From the NCBI GenBank assembly GCA_964493715.1, contig CAZBPC010000006.1, forward strand, positions 1 through 61,191: a stretch of 61,191 nt of DNA. The letters are read 5' to 3'. The position numbers and the translations under genes are program-made. A model generated the notes under the pieces. It was not told the DNA's origin. It did no database searches and was given only the letters and a program-made list of their open reading frames with translations. This DNA is from an uncultured archaeon. Lineage in GTDB: Archaea > Asgardarchaeota > Lokiarchaeia > Sigyniarchaeales > SOKP01. Of this stretch, positions 8,302 through 18,500 are shown in pieces; position 1 is the stretch's first letter; every line of letters starts with the position of its first letter.

Positions 8302-8724
8302 ATGTCAGAGATAGTTAAAGATTTTACTATCCAAAGTTATTTGGAGTACATACAAAATAAGAAACTAATGGGGACAAAATGTAAGGATTGCGGCGAATTA
8401 TACGTTCCAGTAAGGCAATTATGCACTAAATGTAATTCTCCAAATATGGAATGGGTTGAAATGAGTGGGAATGGCAAACTTGCAGCCTTTACATGTATCA
8501 CAGTAGGTACACCTTATTTTATTGAAAAAGGATATGATAGGAACAGACCATATTGCTTTTCTGTAATTAAACTTGAAGAAGGTCCCATGGTATCAGCTCA
8601 ATTAGTTGGAGTTGATGAAACAAAGCCAGATACGATTAAAATTGAAATGCCTCTTAAGGTTAAGTTCCTAGAAACTGAAATTAAAGGCGAAACTAAGGTA
8701 GATCTTGGTTTTGAACCAAAATAA
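8302..8724 (+). CDS. DUF35 Zn-ribbon/OB-fold protein (acyl-CoA/thiolase associated)
   Basis: CKDC...P.RQLCTKC, W.E.SG.G...FT, PY....L.EGP; GAGGTG RBS. Confidence 0.9.
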   Translation: MSEIVKDFTIQSYLEYIQNKKLMGTKCKDCGELYVPVRQLCTKCNSPNMEWVEMSGNGKLAAFTCITVGTPYFIEKGYDRNRPYCFSVIKLEEGPMVSAQLVGVDETKPDTIKIEMPLKVKFLETEIKGETKVDLGFEPK

Positions 8725-8785
8725 TAAATTTATTAATTTTCTTTTTATTATTATAATTAAGCCATAGCCATATAGGTGGATTTTA

Positions 8786-9934
8786 ATCAAAAAAGTCTCC
8801 AAAATCATTTTAATAACACTTCTTACTTTATCTATTACTTTACTTTCGATTTATTCCATTATAATTGTACTCAACCCCTCCCAAATTCGAAATATAGATG
8901 TCCCTTTAGAGTTTAATGGAGATAATGCATATTTAATGGTTGAAGATCAAATCAATTTAAATTTAACTCATTATAGAATTCCGGGTACTAAGGGTCGTGA
9001 AGATTGTGCTGATTATTTTGTGAATAAGTTCAAGGAAATTAATGTTAACTTTACTTATATCCTGCAAAATTTTACCGTTTTATCTGTAGATTGTCAAAAT
9101 GTCGTTTTTAAATTAAATGAAGACTTGGATAATATCGTGATTTTAGCAGCCCACTATGACTCTAGGGCAAAAGCAACTAAAGACCCAACCATCTCTTTAA
9201 GATCCCATCCAGTATCAGGTGCTAATGATGGAGCAAGTGGATGTGCAGCACTTATAGAATTAGCGCACGTTCTTTACAATCAAAGATTCGATTTAAACTG
9301 TCAAATTTGGTTTGTATTTTTTGATGCAGAAGATCAAGGCTATGATTATGCTGCTGGAATCCTGGGATGGGATTGGTGTGAAGGTTCTACGCGTTTTGCT
9401 AATGATTTAGAAGATTTTCACGATCCCAGTGAAACTTTCGATTGCATGGTTTTATTAGACATGGTTGGAGGAAATAATCTACAATTTATCAACGAACAAT
9501 ACTCCACTTTCTCACTTTTACAAGAAATATTTGAAATCGGGAGGCAATTAGGTTTTGACCAAGCTTATCCAACAAATCCAGTTTCAGCCACCATCACTGA
9601 TGATCATGTATCCTTTATGGAAAAAGGAATTCCATCAGCAGATCTAATCATCAACTTCTGGAATAATCCCTCTTGGAGTTATCATCATACTACTCATGAT
9701 GATTTATCTCATATTTCAAATCAGAGTCTAGAGATAACGGGTAAAACAATTGAACAATTTATTTATAATAATTATTTAGATATTCCTGAAAACAATTATA
9801 AGGGAAATTTTCCTTGGAATAAGGATATAAATTTTTTAGATACTGATATTTTAACGATTTTAATAATTACGATATCAATTATCGCAATAACTGCCATAAG
9901 CTATAGCATTTATAAGAAGTTTATTAAAAATTAA
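8786..9934 (+). CDS. M28 family peptidase / glutaminyl-cyclase-like, membrane anchored
   Basis: AHYDSR, GANDGASG, FDAED, LDMVG, DDH, HHTTHD motifs and a C-terminal TM. The frame extends upstream of ATG 8936 through a signal-like segment to ATC 8786, behind an AGGTGG RBS. Confidence 0.85.
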   Translation: MKKVSKIILITLLTLSITLLSIYSIIIVLNPSQIRNIDVPLEFNGDNAYLMVEDQINLNLTHYRIPGTKGREDCADYFVNKFKEINVNFTYILQNFTVLSVDCQNVVFKLNEDLDNIVILAAHYDSRAKATKDPTISLRSHPVSGANDGASGCAALIELAHVLYNQRFDLNCQIWFVFFDAEDQGYDYAAGILGWDWCEGSTRFANDLEDFHDPSETFDCMVLLDMVGGNNLQFINEQYSTFSLLQEIFEIGRQLGFDQAYPTNPVSATITDDHVSFMEKGIPSADLIINFWNNPSWSYHHTTHDDLSHISNQSLEITGKTIEQFIYNNYLDIPENNYKGNFPWNKDINFLDTDILTILIITISIIAITAISYSIYKKFIKN

Positions 9935-10000
9935 TTTTCTTAGAGAATCATATAATTTTAAAGTATAAACTATAAAAAGTATTCAATAGAGATTAAATAT

Positions 10001-10942
10001 ATGGACATAATCACTCATTTAGTCTTTGGAGCACTTATGTTTAATCTTTTTCTCAATGAAGTAACTTTTAATTATTTTATTTATGCCATGGTTTTTGCAA
10101 TTTTACCTGATTTGGATATATTTCTTTCTCCGTTAAGACGAAAATTCAAATCTGACTATCTTGAACATCGTTCTGGTTCCCACTCTTACATTATAGGAGT
10201 AATAATATCAACGATTATTGGGAGTATTTATTCAATTCTAACACATCAATCCTTTTTCCTCGTTTGGTTAATAGGAATTATTTTTTATAGTATACATATA
10301 TCTCTTGACTTACTCAATACAACAAAAATACCCTGTTTTTATCCTTTATCAAAAAAAGAATATTGTTTCTATGTTGAAAAAGCAGGTAGCTCATTTACAT
10401 TATTAACATCAACTATATTTATAATCAGTGGTTTAGTAGTCTTTAATTATTTTCCAAGTCTTTTTTTCATAATAATTAATATAAATACATTTTTTATGGT
10501 TTTTTATTATTTATATCGAATAATTACAAAAATCCAGATTAATTCTCGTCTTAACAATAATCAAAAATATCTTCCCGGTGTATTACCCTTCATTTATTAT
10601 GTCTTTGAAGAGGAAGTTATGGATAACTCTATATCATTACAAATTCTAAAAAAGTCTCACTTTTCGAGAAGTAAGTCTATCTATATGAAAAAATCAAACT
10701 TAACGCAGCAAGAAATGGAAATTTTTAATAAAGGAATAGAATTGTGTATGGAAAACTATTATTATGCAAAATGGACGTTTTTACCAATATTTGTTAGAAA
10801 TGAAGGGACATTCTCTATAAGATTTTTCTTTTTAGAGCCGATGGTCCATTCAAGAGCCATGTATATTCAATATAATTTTGATTTAGTTACAGAAATAATG
10901 ATTGGATATAATCAAAGTTTTGGTCGCTTTAACCATTCATGA
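10001..10942 (+). CDS. YdjM/DUF457 membrane-bound metal-dependent hydrolase
   Basis: D..TH, LPDLD, HR..SHS, H..LD motifs with TM helices. Confidence 0.85.
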   Translation: MDIITHLVFGALMFNLFLNEVTFNYFIYAMVFAILPDLDIFLSPLRRKFKSDYLEHRSGSHSYIIGVIISTIIGSIYSILTHQSFFLVWLIGIIFYSIHISLDLLNTTKIPCFYPLSKKEYCFYVEKAGSSFTLLTSTIFIISGLVVFNYFPSLFFIIININTFFMVFYYLYRIITKIQINSRLNNNQKYLPGVLPFIYYVFEEEVMDNSISLQILKKSHFSRSKSIYMKKSNLTQQEMEIFNKGIELCMENYYYAKWTFLPIFVRNEGTFSIRFFFLEPMVHSRAMYIQYNFDLVTEIMIGYNQSFGRFNHS

Positions 10943-11010
10943 GATTTTACATAATAGATACTGATAAATCAGTAAAGTTCCATAAAAAATAGAAACAAAC
11001 CCTAACTCTT

Positions 11011-11634
11011 TTATTTTTTAAATCCTAAAATCGCACGATGTTTTGTTCTATCAAGATATATTTTTTTAATATCAAAACCCTTGAAAAATTTGTAAATTTC
11101 GCGTTCAGTGAAAAAATGATGAAGTAGCCCTTTTTCAGGTCCTGAAAGCGGGAGATATGTACCTTTTTCAATTTTTTCAAAATTTGGATGGTTATTTTTA
11201 CTACTAAGCTTAGATATCGGAACGGTGATAAAAATTAACCCATTAGGTTTTAATACACGTTTAATTTCTCGAATCGTGAATTTTATCTCTTTAATTTTAT
11301 TATGGTGTATTACTTGGATGGAAATAACAGCATCAAAAAAGGAATCTTCATACGGAAATTTCTCTTCCATTCGGTGAATCATCAAATTGCAATTTAGATT
11401 ATTTTCTGCCACCCATTTTCTAGCAATTTCAATAGCATTAATAGCAGCATCAAGGCCATAAACTTCAAATCCTTGATTTGCAAAATAAATTAAATGACGC
11501 CCCGTCCCACAGCCTAAATCCAGAATCCGTTTCGCATTTCTTTCCTTTAAAAGATTTACGATGTCTTCCATATCTCGATGGGGTTTAGTAAATACTTTCC
11601 CTTTTTCTCCAAAAATAGCGTTCCAACTATCCAT
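11011..11634 (-). CDS. class I SAM-dependent methyltransferase
   Basis: ILDLGCGTGRH, FDAVIS..VIHH, RVLKPNG. Confidence 0.9.
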   Translation of the reverse strand: MDSWNAIFGEKGKVFTKPHRDMEDIVNLLKERNAKRILDLGCGTGRHLIYFANQGFEVYGLDAAINAIEIARKWVAENNLNCNLMIHRMEEKFPYEDSFFDAVISIQVIHHNKIKEIKFTIREIKRVLKPNGLIFITVPISKLSSKNNHPNFEKIEKGTYLPLSGPEKGLLHHFFTEREIYKFFKGFDIKKIYLDRTKHRAILGFKK

Positions 11635-11663
11635 TACAAATATCTACCAAATTGTTAATATCC

Positions 11664-12626
11664 TTAATGAGTGCATTCCCAGTAGTAATGCCCATATTTC
11701 TCTTTAAATTCTTCGGCAAATTCATTTGATTTCGGTCGTATGAATTCATAACCATTTTGAATGCATTCATAATTTATAGGAAGTGGACCTAATACTTCAC
11801 CATCAACTTGGCTTACATATGATTCTCGTTCAAACGTCCTCATTTCTATTCTTACTTTTTTACTCTGATATTCGTGAATATCAGGATGAGGAAGCAGTGA
11901 GGCATTATACATTCTTCGAAATTGTCTAGCTAATTTAATTTTATCAATATTCACAATACTTATATCAAAAAGACCATCTTCAGTACTAGCTCTTTGACAA
12001 ATAAACATCCCTCCACCATATGCTCCAGAGAGTCCAACTGCAGCAAGAGTTGCTTCTCCTTCAAATGTATCATTATCCATTTTAACGATGATTTCTTGGC
12101 TTACCCAATCTTTTAATACATTTAAAATAATCAAATTATAATTCTTTTCTTTCTCTTCATTTGATCTCCGGGCTACTTCGCTATCAAACCCTTGAGACCC
12201 AATACCCAAGAAATAGCGTTCAGTTCCATCATCTTTTTTAGCAAGACCTATATCAGATTTGCTTGAATATCCTTCAGCTATAATTTCACAGGCGCGTTTT
12301 ATATCTGCTCTATAACCAATAGCCGCGGGAATATCATTTCCAGATCCCATGGGTATAAAGCCACATAATTCTCCTGTGTTTGAGGAGATAACTCCATGCA
12401 GCACTTCATTTGCTGTTCCATCTCCTCCTGCACCAATTACACGATATCCATCTTTAGCAAGTTGGTTAGCTAATTGTATTGCATGTTCAGCATATTCGGT
12501 TTCGTGTATTTTATAAGAAACATTTAGGTTATCTAAATATTTCTTCACATTTTCGATTTCTTCCTTCGCTTTTCCTTTATTTGCACTTGGGTTATAGATT
12601 ATGGCATGATCAACCACATTTATCAC
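11664..12626 (-). CDS. diacylglycerol/lipid kinase family (YegS/BmrU)
   Basis: NP.A, GGDGT.NEV, P.GSGND, GFD, GGG, DG.FD, DGE. Confidence 0.92.
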   Translation of the reverse strand: MINVVDHAIIYNPSANKGKAKEEIENVKKYLDNLNVSYKIHETEYAEHAIQLANQLAKDGYRVIGAGGDGTANEVLHGVISSNTGELCGFIPMGSGNDIPAAIGYRADIKRACEIIAEGYSSKSDIGLAKKDDGTERYFLGIGSQGFDSEVARRSNEEKEKNYNLIILNVLKDWVSQEIIVKMDNDTFEGEATLAAVGLSGAYGGGMFICQRASTEDGLFDISIVNIDKIKLARQFRRMYNASLLPHPDIHEYQSKKVRIEMRTFERESYVSQVDGEVLGPLPINYECIQNGYEFIRPKSNEFAEEFKEKYGHYYWECTH

Positions 12627-12799
12627 ATCCTATTCCATTTATGAAGCAGTTTAAATAAACGTTTTAATGTTATCTTAAACTCTAACCTATAAATACCTTT
12701 TTAAAATTTTTAAATAATAGAAAGAGAGTATAATTAACCGGGTGAAATGACGGTAAAAGAATTAAAAGTACATTTCAATTTAGATAAATACAAAAAATA

Positions 12800-13378
12800 C
12801 TATTTTTCTTTCCATTGAACTCCACACTGGTTACAAGAATATTTCTTTCCATAAATTCGTGGATAACTACATAGTAAATCTGATTTATCGGTCATTTCAT
12901 GGATTTTGTATAGGTTAGAATCTCCGCATATAGGACAAACTCTTCGACCTTCTGGTTTTGGGATGATCAATATATCTCCGTGTGGTACTAAACCATATAG
13001 CATATCTGCATACAAATCCTTGCTAAATATTCCGTGATTAAAATTATCATCTTCAAGTGCATCAATCATTTCCTCTAATTGATTGTGTTCTTCTTTTTCT
13101 TCTTCCTTACAGATTTTCATATAACTTAAAATAATCGGTTTTATTTCATTATCTCCAGGTAAACGATTAAATTTTTCATGAAAATTGTCAATAAATGATA
13201 AAACTCGTTCCTTCTCGACAGTAAATCCTAAATCTTCTACTTTTTCGATAATATAAGTTATAATTTTTTCTTTTGAAAGAGATTCTTCTATAAACATGAT
13301 TATCTTCTTAACCCAATGCCCTTTTATTATTTTCAGATCGAACTTGATACTGACATCAAATAAATAAGATGTTATCAT
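12800..13378 (-). CDS. hypothetical protein with C-terminal C4 Zn ribbon
   Basis: GRRVCPICG...IHE..DK....YPRIYGKKYSCNQCG..W.EK; the same domain stands alone at 60784-60990. The true start is probably downstream (MFIEE). Confidence 0.75.
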   Translation of the reverse strand: MITSYLFDVSIKFDLKIIKGHWVKKIIMFIEESLSKEKIITYIIEKVEDLGFTVEKERVLSFIDNFHEKFNRLPGDNEIKPIILSYMKICKEEEKEEHNQLEEMIDALEDDNFNHGIFSKDLYADMLYGLVPHGDILIIPKPEGRRVCPICGDSNLYKIHEMTDKSDLLCSYPRIYGKKYSCNQCGVQWKEK

Positions 13379-13556
13379 TTATATTAGTTTCTTCTCGATA
13401 CTTATTCATGAGAGATTATTTTTTTGCCACGTTGAGCTAATTGTTCAAGAATGAAATTCTAATGGTATGAAGAGAATTAAAATCTGAAAGATAGTTCTTT
13501 TTTAAAGAATTTTCTAAATATTTTTAAAAAAATACTCCTGCTATAAAAATATAAAT

Positions 13557-14216
13557 GTGTATTATTATTTTACTACTCAAGAACGCTCCAATATCTTAAT
13601 TATGGAAATAACAAACAAAAAAACTCTTTCAGAAGATAAGAAAAAACCAGTTATTAAGAAAAAAGTTATCATCGCTGTATTATTGATGAGTTTTGCTTTT
13701 TTTGGGTCATTTGTCATTTATTTTGTTTTACAAGTTAGCCTCAATACCCAAACTCCTATAGTAGTAGTAATTTCAGGTTCAATGACTCCAACCATCAATA
13801 AGGGGGATATACTATTCGTAAAAGGTACAGATCCTGCTCTAATTCAAAATGGCTCAATTGTTGGAAAAGAGGGGGATATAATCGTTTTCGACGCTTATGG
13901 TTTATGGGCAGGCGCGCCTTTAGATCCAATTGTTCATCGAGTTATTGGTAAATGGTATGATAATGGTACATGGTATTTCAGCACTAAAGGAGATGCCAAT
14001 TCTTTACCAGATCCCGTTCTAATACCAGGAGATAGGGTGATTGGAGTGGTTGTTGGAGGCATACCTTTTATTGGTTGGATAAAAATATTGCTTACAGATT
14101 CAGGATTGTTAATCCCCTTGCTTATTATTGTTTCAGTTGTTTTAATTATTAGTATTGTATCTGATTTTATTAAGGAGGAAGAAGAAGATCCTAAGAAAGT
14201 TATTAAAAAGAAATAA
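13557..14216 (+). CDS. sec11: signal peptidase I, archaeal/ER Sec11 type
   Basis: VVISGSMTPT..KGD, PIVHRV, TKGDAN..PD, flanking TMs; likely start ATG 13602. Confidence 0.92.
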   Translation: MYYYFTTQERSNILIMEITNKKTLSEDKKKPVIKKKVIIAVLLMSFAFFGSFVIYFVLQVSLNTQTPIVVVISGSMTPTINKGDILFVKGTDPALIQNGSIVGKEGDIIVFDAYGLWAGAPLDPIVHRVIGKWYDNGTWYFSTKGDANSLPDPVLIPGDRVIGVVVGGIPFIGWIKILLTDSGLLIPLLIIVSVVLIISIVSDFIKEEEEDPKKVIKKK

Positions 14217-14415
14217 ACTAATAAATTGAGATTAAAACATCTATTTATTATAAATGATTTATCTTTCTATTTTTTAATAAAATTTTTAAGATTTCTATAA
14301 TTTGATATCAATGTTAATAATCGTAAATCAATTCTATTTACGATACTACAATACTCTATGAAAACAAATTAATACAAAACATACAAAAAACACAAATAAA
14401 AAATTGGTGAAAAAA

Positions 14416-14697
14416 ATGCCTGGAAAAGAAGAAAACAGTGTATTTGTTGGTCGCCGCCCTACGATGAACTATGTTATGGCTACGATGATGATCTTAAATA
14501 AAGGTGAGGATTGCACCGTCAAAGCACGAGGGAGAGCTATCTCACATGCCGTTGATGTATGCGAAATTCTCCGCAACAGATTCCTTAAGGGAACAGAATA
14601 TAAAGATATTACACTTTCTACTGAACAATTAGAAGGCGAAAACGGACAAAATAATAATGTTTCCTCGATTGAAATCGTTTTAGCACCTCCAAAATAA
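14416..14697 (+). CDS. albA: DNA/RNA-binding protein Alba
   Basis: VFVG..P.MNYV, KARGRAISHAVDV.E..R.RF, VSSIEI.L; GGTGA RBS before ATG 14416. Confidence 0.95.
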   Translation: MPGKEENSVFVGRRPTMNYVMATMMILNKGEDCTVKARGRAISHAVDVCEILRNRFLKGTEYKDITLSTEQLEGENGQNNNVSSIEIVLAPPK

Positions 14698-14744
14698 ATA
14701 GAATGAAGTAATTATCTTTTCGTTAATACGAATTAACACACTAA

Positions 14745-14763
14745 CTTTTTTTTTATTATTTTA
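14745..14763 (+). terminator. oligo-T tract, probable archaeal terminator of albA
   Basis: A long T run with short interruptions (tttttttttattattttt-type) ~50 nt after the stop codon. Confidence 0.4.
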
Positions 14764-15103
14764 TACCAATACTAAAAATATTGATTATGTAGGAATTTGA
14801 TCAGTAAGCCTATAGCTCTATTCTCCTTAATTAGTAACTTCAATAATTAGATTAACTATAACTTTACAATTAAATTTAGGTTAGTTTTATCGCAATAATA
14901 AATTAGAAAAAAAAATTATCCCTTTTATTCTAATATGAGTTCAATCTTTAGAGATATATATTTTTTGGTTACAAATTATAACAAATAAAAAACTCTAAGA
15001 TTTATGCATTAATAACGGATTTCAATAACATTTAAAAAAAACTACGTGCAAATTAATATTAGAAACAAATAAATTTTTTAATTTATTTTTTTTTCAGAGG
15101 GAG

Positions 15104-15325
15104 ATGTATTTGGCTAAAAAAACTAATACAGTAAAAACCGAAAAAATAGAACCTTTATTTGTCAAATCTAAGGTACGAGAATATATAAAAAGTAAAGATT
15201 GTAATACTGCAAGTGCAGTATTAGATGGAGCTTTATTAAATGGCATTATAACTAAAATGCTTGATAAAGCGATAGCTCGAGCCGTTGCAAATGGACGTAA
15301 GACTGTCAAAGACAGAGATTTATAA
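15104..15325 (+). CDS. histone-fold protein of the short-alpha2 (Bd0055/DUF1931-like) class
   Basis: LFVKSKVREYIK...NT......L...I..ML.KAI.RA.ANGRKTVKDRDL carries the histone RKTV..RD motif; start at ATG 15104 or TTG 15110. Confidence 0.88.
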   Translation: MYLAKKTNTVKTEKIEPLFVKSKVREYIKSKDCNTASAVLDGALLNGIITKMLDKAIARAVANGRKTVKDRDL

Positions 15326-15537
15326 AAACTTTAATAATTTATTTTTTATTTTTTTCTAAATTACTATAAATTTTTCTTAATCTAGATTATTTTAATTAAT
15401 CTTTAGGTGTCTCTGAACTTTAAATATTAAGAATAATATAATAACTAAGAAAAATGAAAGTGGATCTATAGAATTACTTCTTAAAATTGTTGAAAAAAAC
15501 AAAATTCTAAAGACACAAAAAGATAAGTGTATTAATA

Positions 15538-18500
15538 ATGGGAAAAGGAAATTTTGATAAGCAAGTATTAACCAGATTCGTTCAAACAGAATGTAAAAGG
15601 CAACTATTTTTGGATTTATCTCAAACAAGACCTAAACTCTGGAGAGATCCTAATAGGTTGCTCGTGGATCCTAAAGTTATTCGAAGAAGCTCAGATAATC
15701 TAATAAAATTAGGTCAGCGATATGAACAATTAGTCTATAAACATTTGGTTAATTTTAAAGGTGCATTATATCAAATAGATGCGAAAATTAAGGTTAAAAA
15801 ATCTTATCTTAAACCTATTATATTACTAAACCTATATAACCAAAATGACAAAGATTCCTTTTTATTATTAGAACATCAATACCGTATTCCTCCAAGTTTT
15901 TTTTTCAATCATTTTTTCGATCGATCCAAAACTAACATAATTCCTTTTTATTGGTCAAAACAACGACCCGATATAATGATTATTCGTCGTGAAAAGGATT
16001 TAACAATTCAAGTTAATGAACTTTTAACAGATGGGACAATCCGCACTGTTCCAAAAGAAGAGCTTAAAACAAGATATAGCATATCAATCATTGATATTAA
16101 AAATATCCGAGATGAAAATATTGGAAAGAAGCAATTCATTGAAATTTTATATTACATGTTAACTTTATCTCACTTCTTAAAAGAAAACGATTTATCGTCT
16201 AAATTTTTTGTAAACATTGATTTTAACGGAATTCTTGCTCGTTTAAATGAAGAAAATATTCTAAAGATGAGAACTGTTGAAAATCTCATCTCTGAAATTA
16301 TAAATGTAGATTGGGAAGAATCAAATATAATAATTAAAGATTTAATTTCTCAAATAAAGAATTTATGGAAGAAAACTCCCTGTTCGATTGACGAAATCCC
16401 TGTTAACATTCAACCAAACTGTGGATTCTGTTATTTTATTGAGGATTGCAAAGATTCACTCGGGAAGGATAAAAAAAAACCTTCTAGTGAATGGGATCTA
16501 GCGTTAATTCCTTATACTACTATGTCTATTGCTCAGCAATTAAGAAATGATTATAACTTTTCTACAATAGGAGATGTAGCGGCGAAAGTTAGGACGATCC
16601 AAACGGGAGATACCCCTAAACCAATATATTCTGAGTTACCCCTATTAGAACTAAAAGCTAGAGCACTAATTGAAAATAAAATTATAAAACCAAAACCAGG
16701 GGATATTCATGCATATTCCATACCAAAATATTCAACGATTGGAATAAATTTCGCAGTAGAAACCGATCCAGCAAATCAAAGAGTTTATGCTGCAGGGTTA
16801 TTTCTCTTTATGTCTGTTTTTTCTAAATCTCCATACAGACGAATATATGATAATTGGTGGAGAATCTGGAAAGAAGGATTAGAAGATTCAAAATCCAATG
16901 AAGAGATCCAATTGAAATTAAATGAACATCTGATTCATGAAATTCCAATCAATGTAGTAGATAGGTTTCGTGAATATCTAGAAAAATTAAATCTATTCAA
17001 AACAATATATCTCGCCGGTGATAAAAAGGCAGATGGAACTTTAAGAAAACAAACTGTGGTAATTTATCAATTTGCAAATATCAATGAGGGTGATTCTGAT
17101 GAAACCGAAGGAAAATTCGCGGAGATAATTATTTTAAGGTTATATTATCTCTTGGAAATGTGTAATATAGTCGAAAATTATGTGATAATTGATGCAAAAG
17201 AGGCGGGGAGATATTATGGACCCTCAACAAGTTTATTTTACTGGTCTAAAAGACAATTGAATAATTTCCAAGATATGCTTGAAAGAAATATAAATCATAT
17301 TATCAATAATCAAGAAGTAGCCATTGCCTTTGATGCAATAATTTCATTATTTACGCCTTCAGATTCTGAAGTGGCTCACCCTTATCAACATAAAAAATTA
17401 TTTAATGTACAAGAATTTGCAGAATCAGTTTTTGGTTTTCCCAGTATTATTTCATATACATGGCATAAAATAGCTAAAAAAGAATTTAAAACTTATGCTA
17501 ATAAAAAGTATTGGATTCCGCATTTTAATTACATGGACTTTAATAACTGGTACGATTACATTTTAGAGGAGGATGATGAAAAGAAAAAAGAGAAAAAAAA
17601 AGAGATAACCAGGCAAGTAATGTTTAAAGTCCGAACAATTAACTCTCTGAGAAGTAAATTTCAAGATCAATTCAGTAATATTATATCCAAGAATGTAAGG
17701 GTTATTAATAAAACTCAATTTATCAGTATTTTTTTAAGTCCAGAATTTCACCCAATTAGTCAAGTATGGTATTTATTTTCCAAATACACTGGTGCAATGG
17801 AGGAAATGGATACAGAATATTTCCGAACTACTTTTCCTGAATTTAGTATCGGAAAATTAGCAGCTGCTAAAGTGGAAGATTTAAGGATTTGGAGCCCTAC
17901 AGGAAAGAAAAATATATGTGATTTTAAAATTACCTCGTTATCTAGTAATATGAATATTAATCCGGGAGATCGAGTATATTTACTACCCGATAATGAAAGA
18001 GATACAAAGACAATACAAAAACTGGAACAATGGAAAATTATCATCAAGGAAATGGTTTGGGATCCTAAAATTAATGGATATTATATCTTTTCACAAGAAA
18101 CGAATAGTAAAAGGTTAGATGAATATAAAGGAATTGAAAACCATTTTTCATGGTTTATATATCACACGTCATTAGATGTTTGGTCAAATAAACTATATAA
18201 TAAAAATGGACTATTAGAGCGATATAATTTGGGTAAATCTTGGTTGGGATTTAGACTCTCTTACTTGTGGAATATAAGATCAAAGCAAGAATTATATTGG
18301 CCTTATAATTGGGAATTTTTGACTCCTTCTGTTTATTTATATCTCCCAGAAGTATTATCTTCTCTCACAACTGATCCCTCTAAAAATCTCAGTTCAAAAT
18401 TAATTACTGCAATAAATCCTATTCCTGATGAGTCTCAAATTATTGCAATAAACAATTCTTTAAATCACGTGATTTCAGGAATCCAAGGACCTCCTGGAAC

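Noticed and set aside
14718-14733. TTCGT-TAAT-ACGAA hairpin after albA
   Set aside because: A 5-bp AT-rich stem is expected by chance.
15538-16460. Cas4 / CRISPR adaptation gene
   Set aside because: The Cas4-like Fe-S nuclease motif is fused to an SF1 helicase, and no cas1 or array is present.
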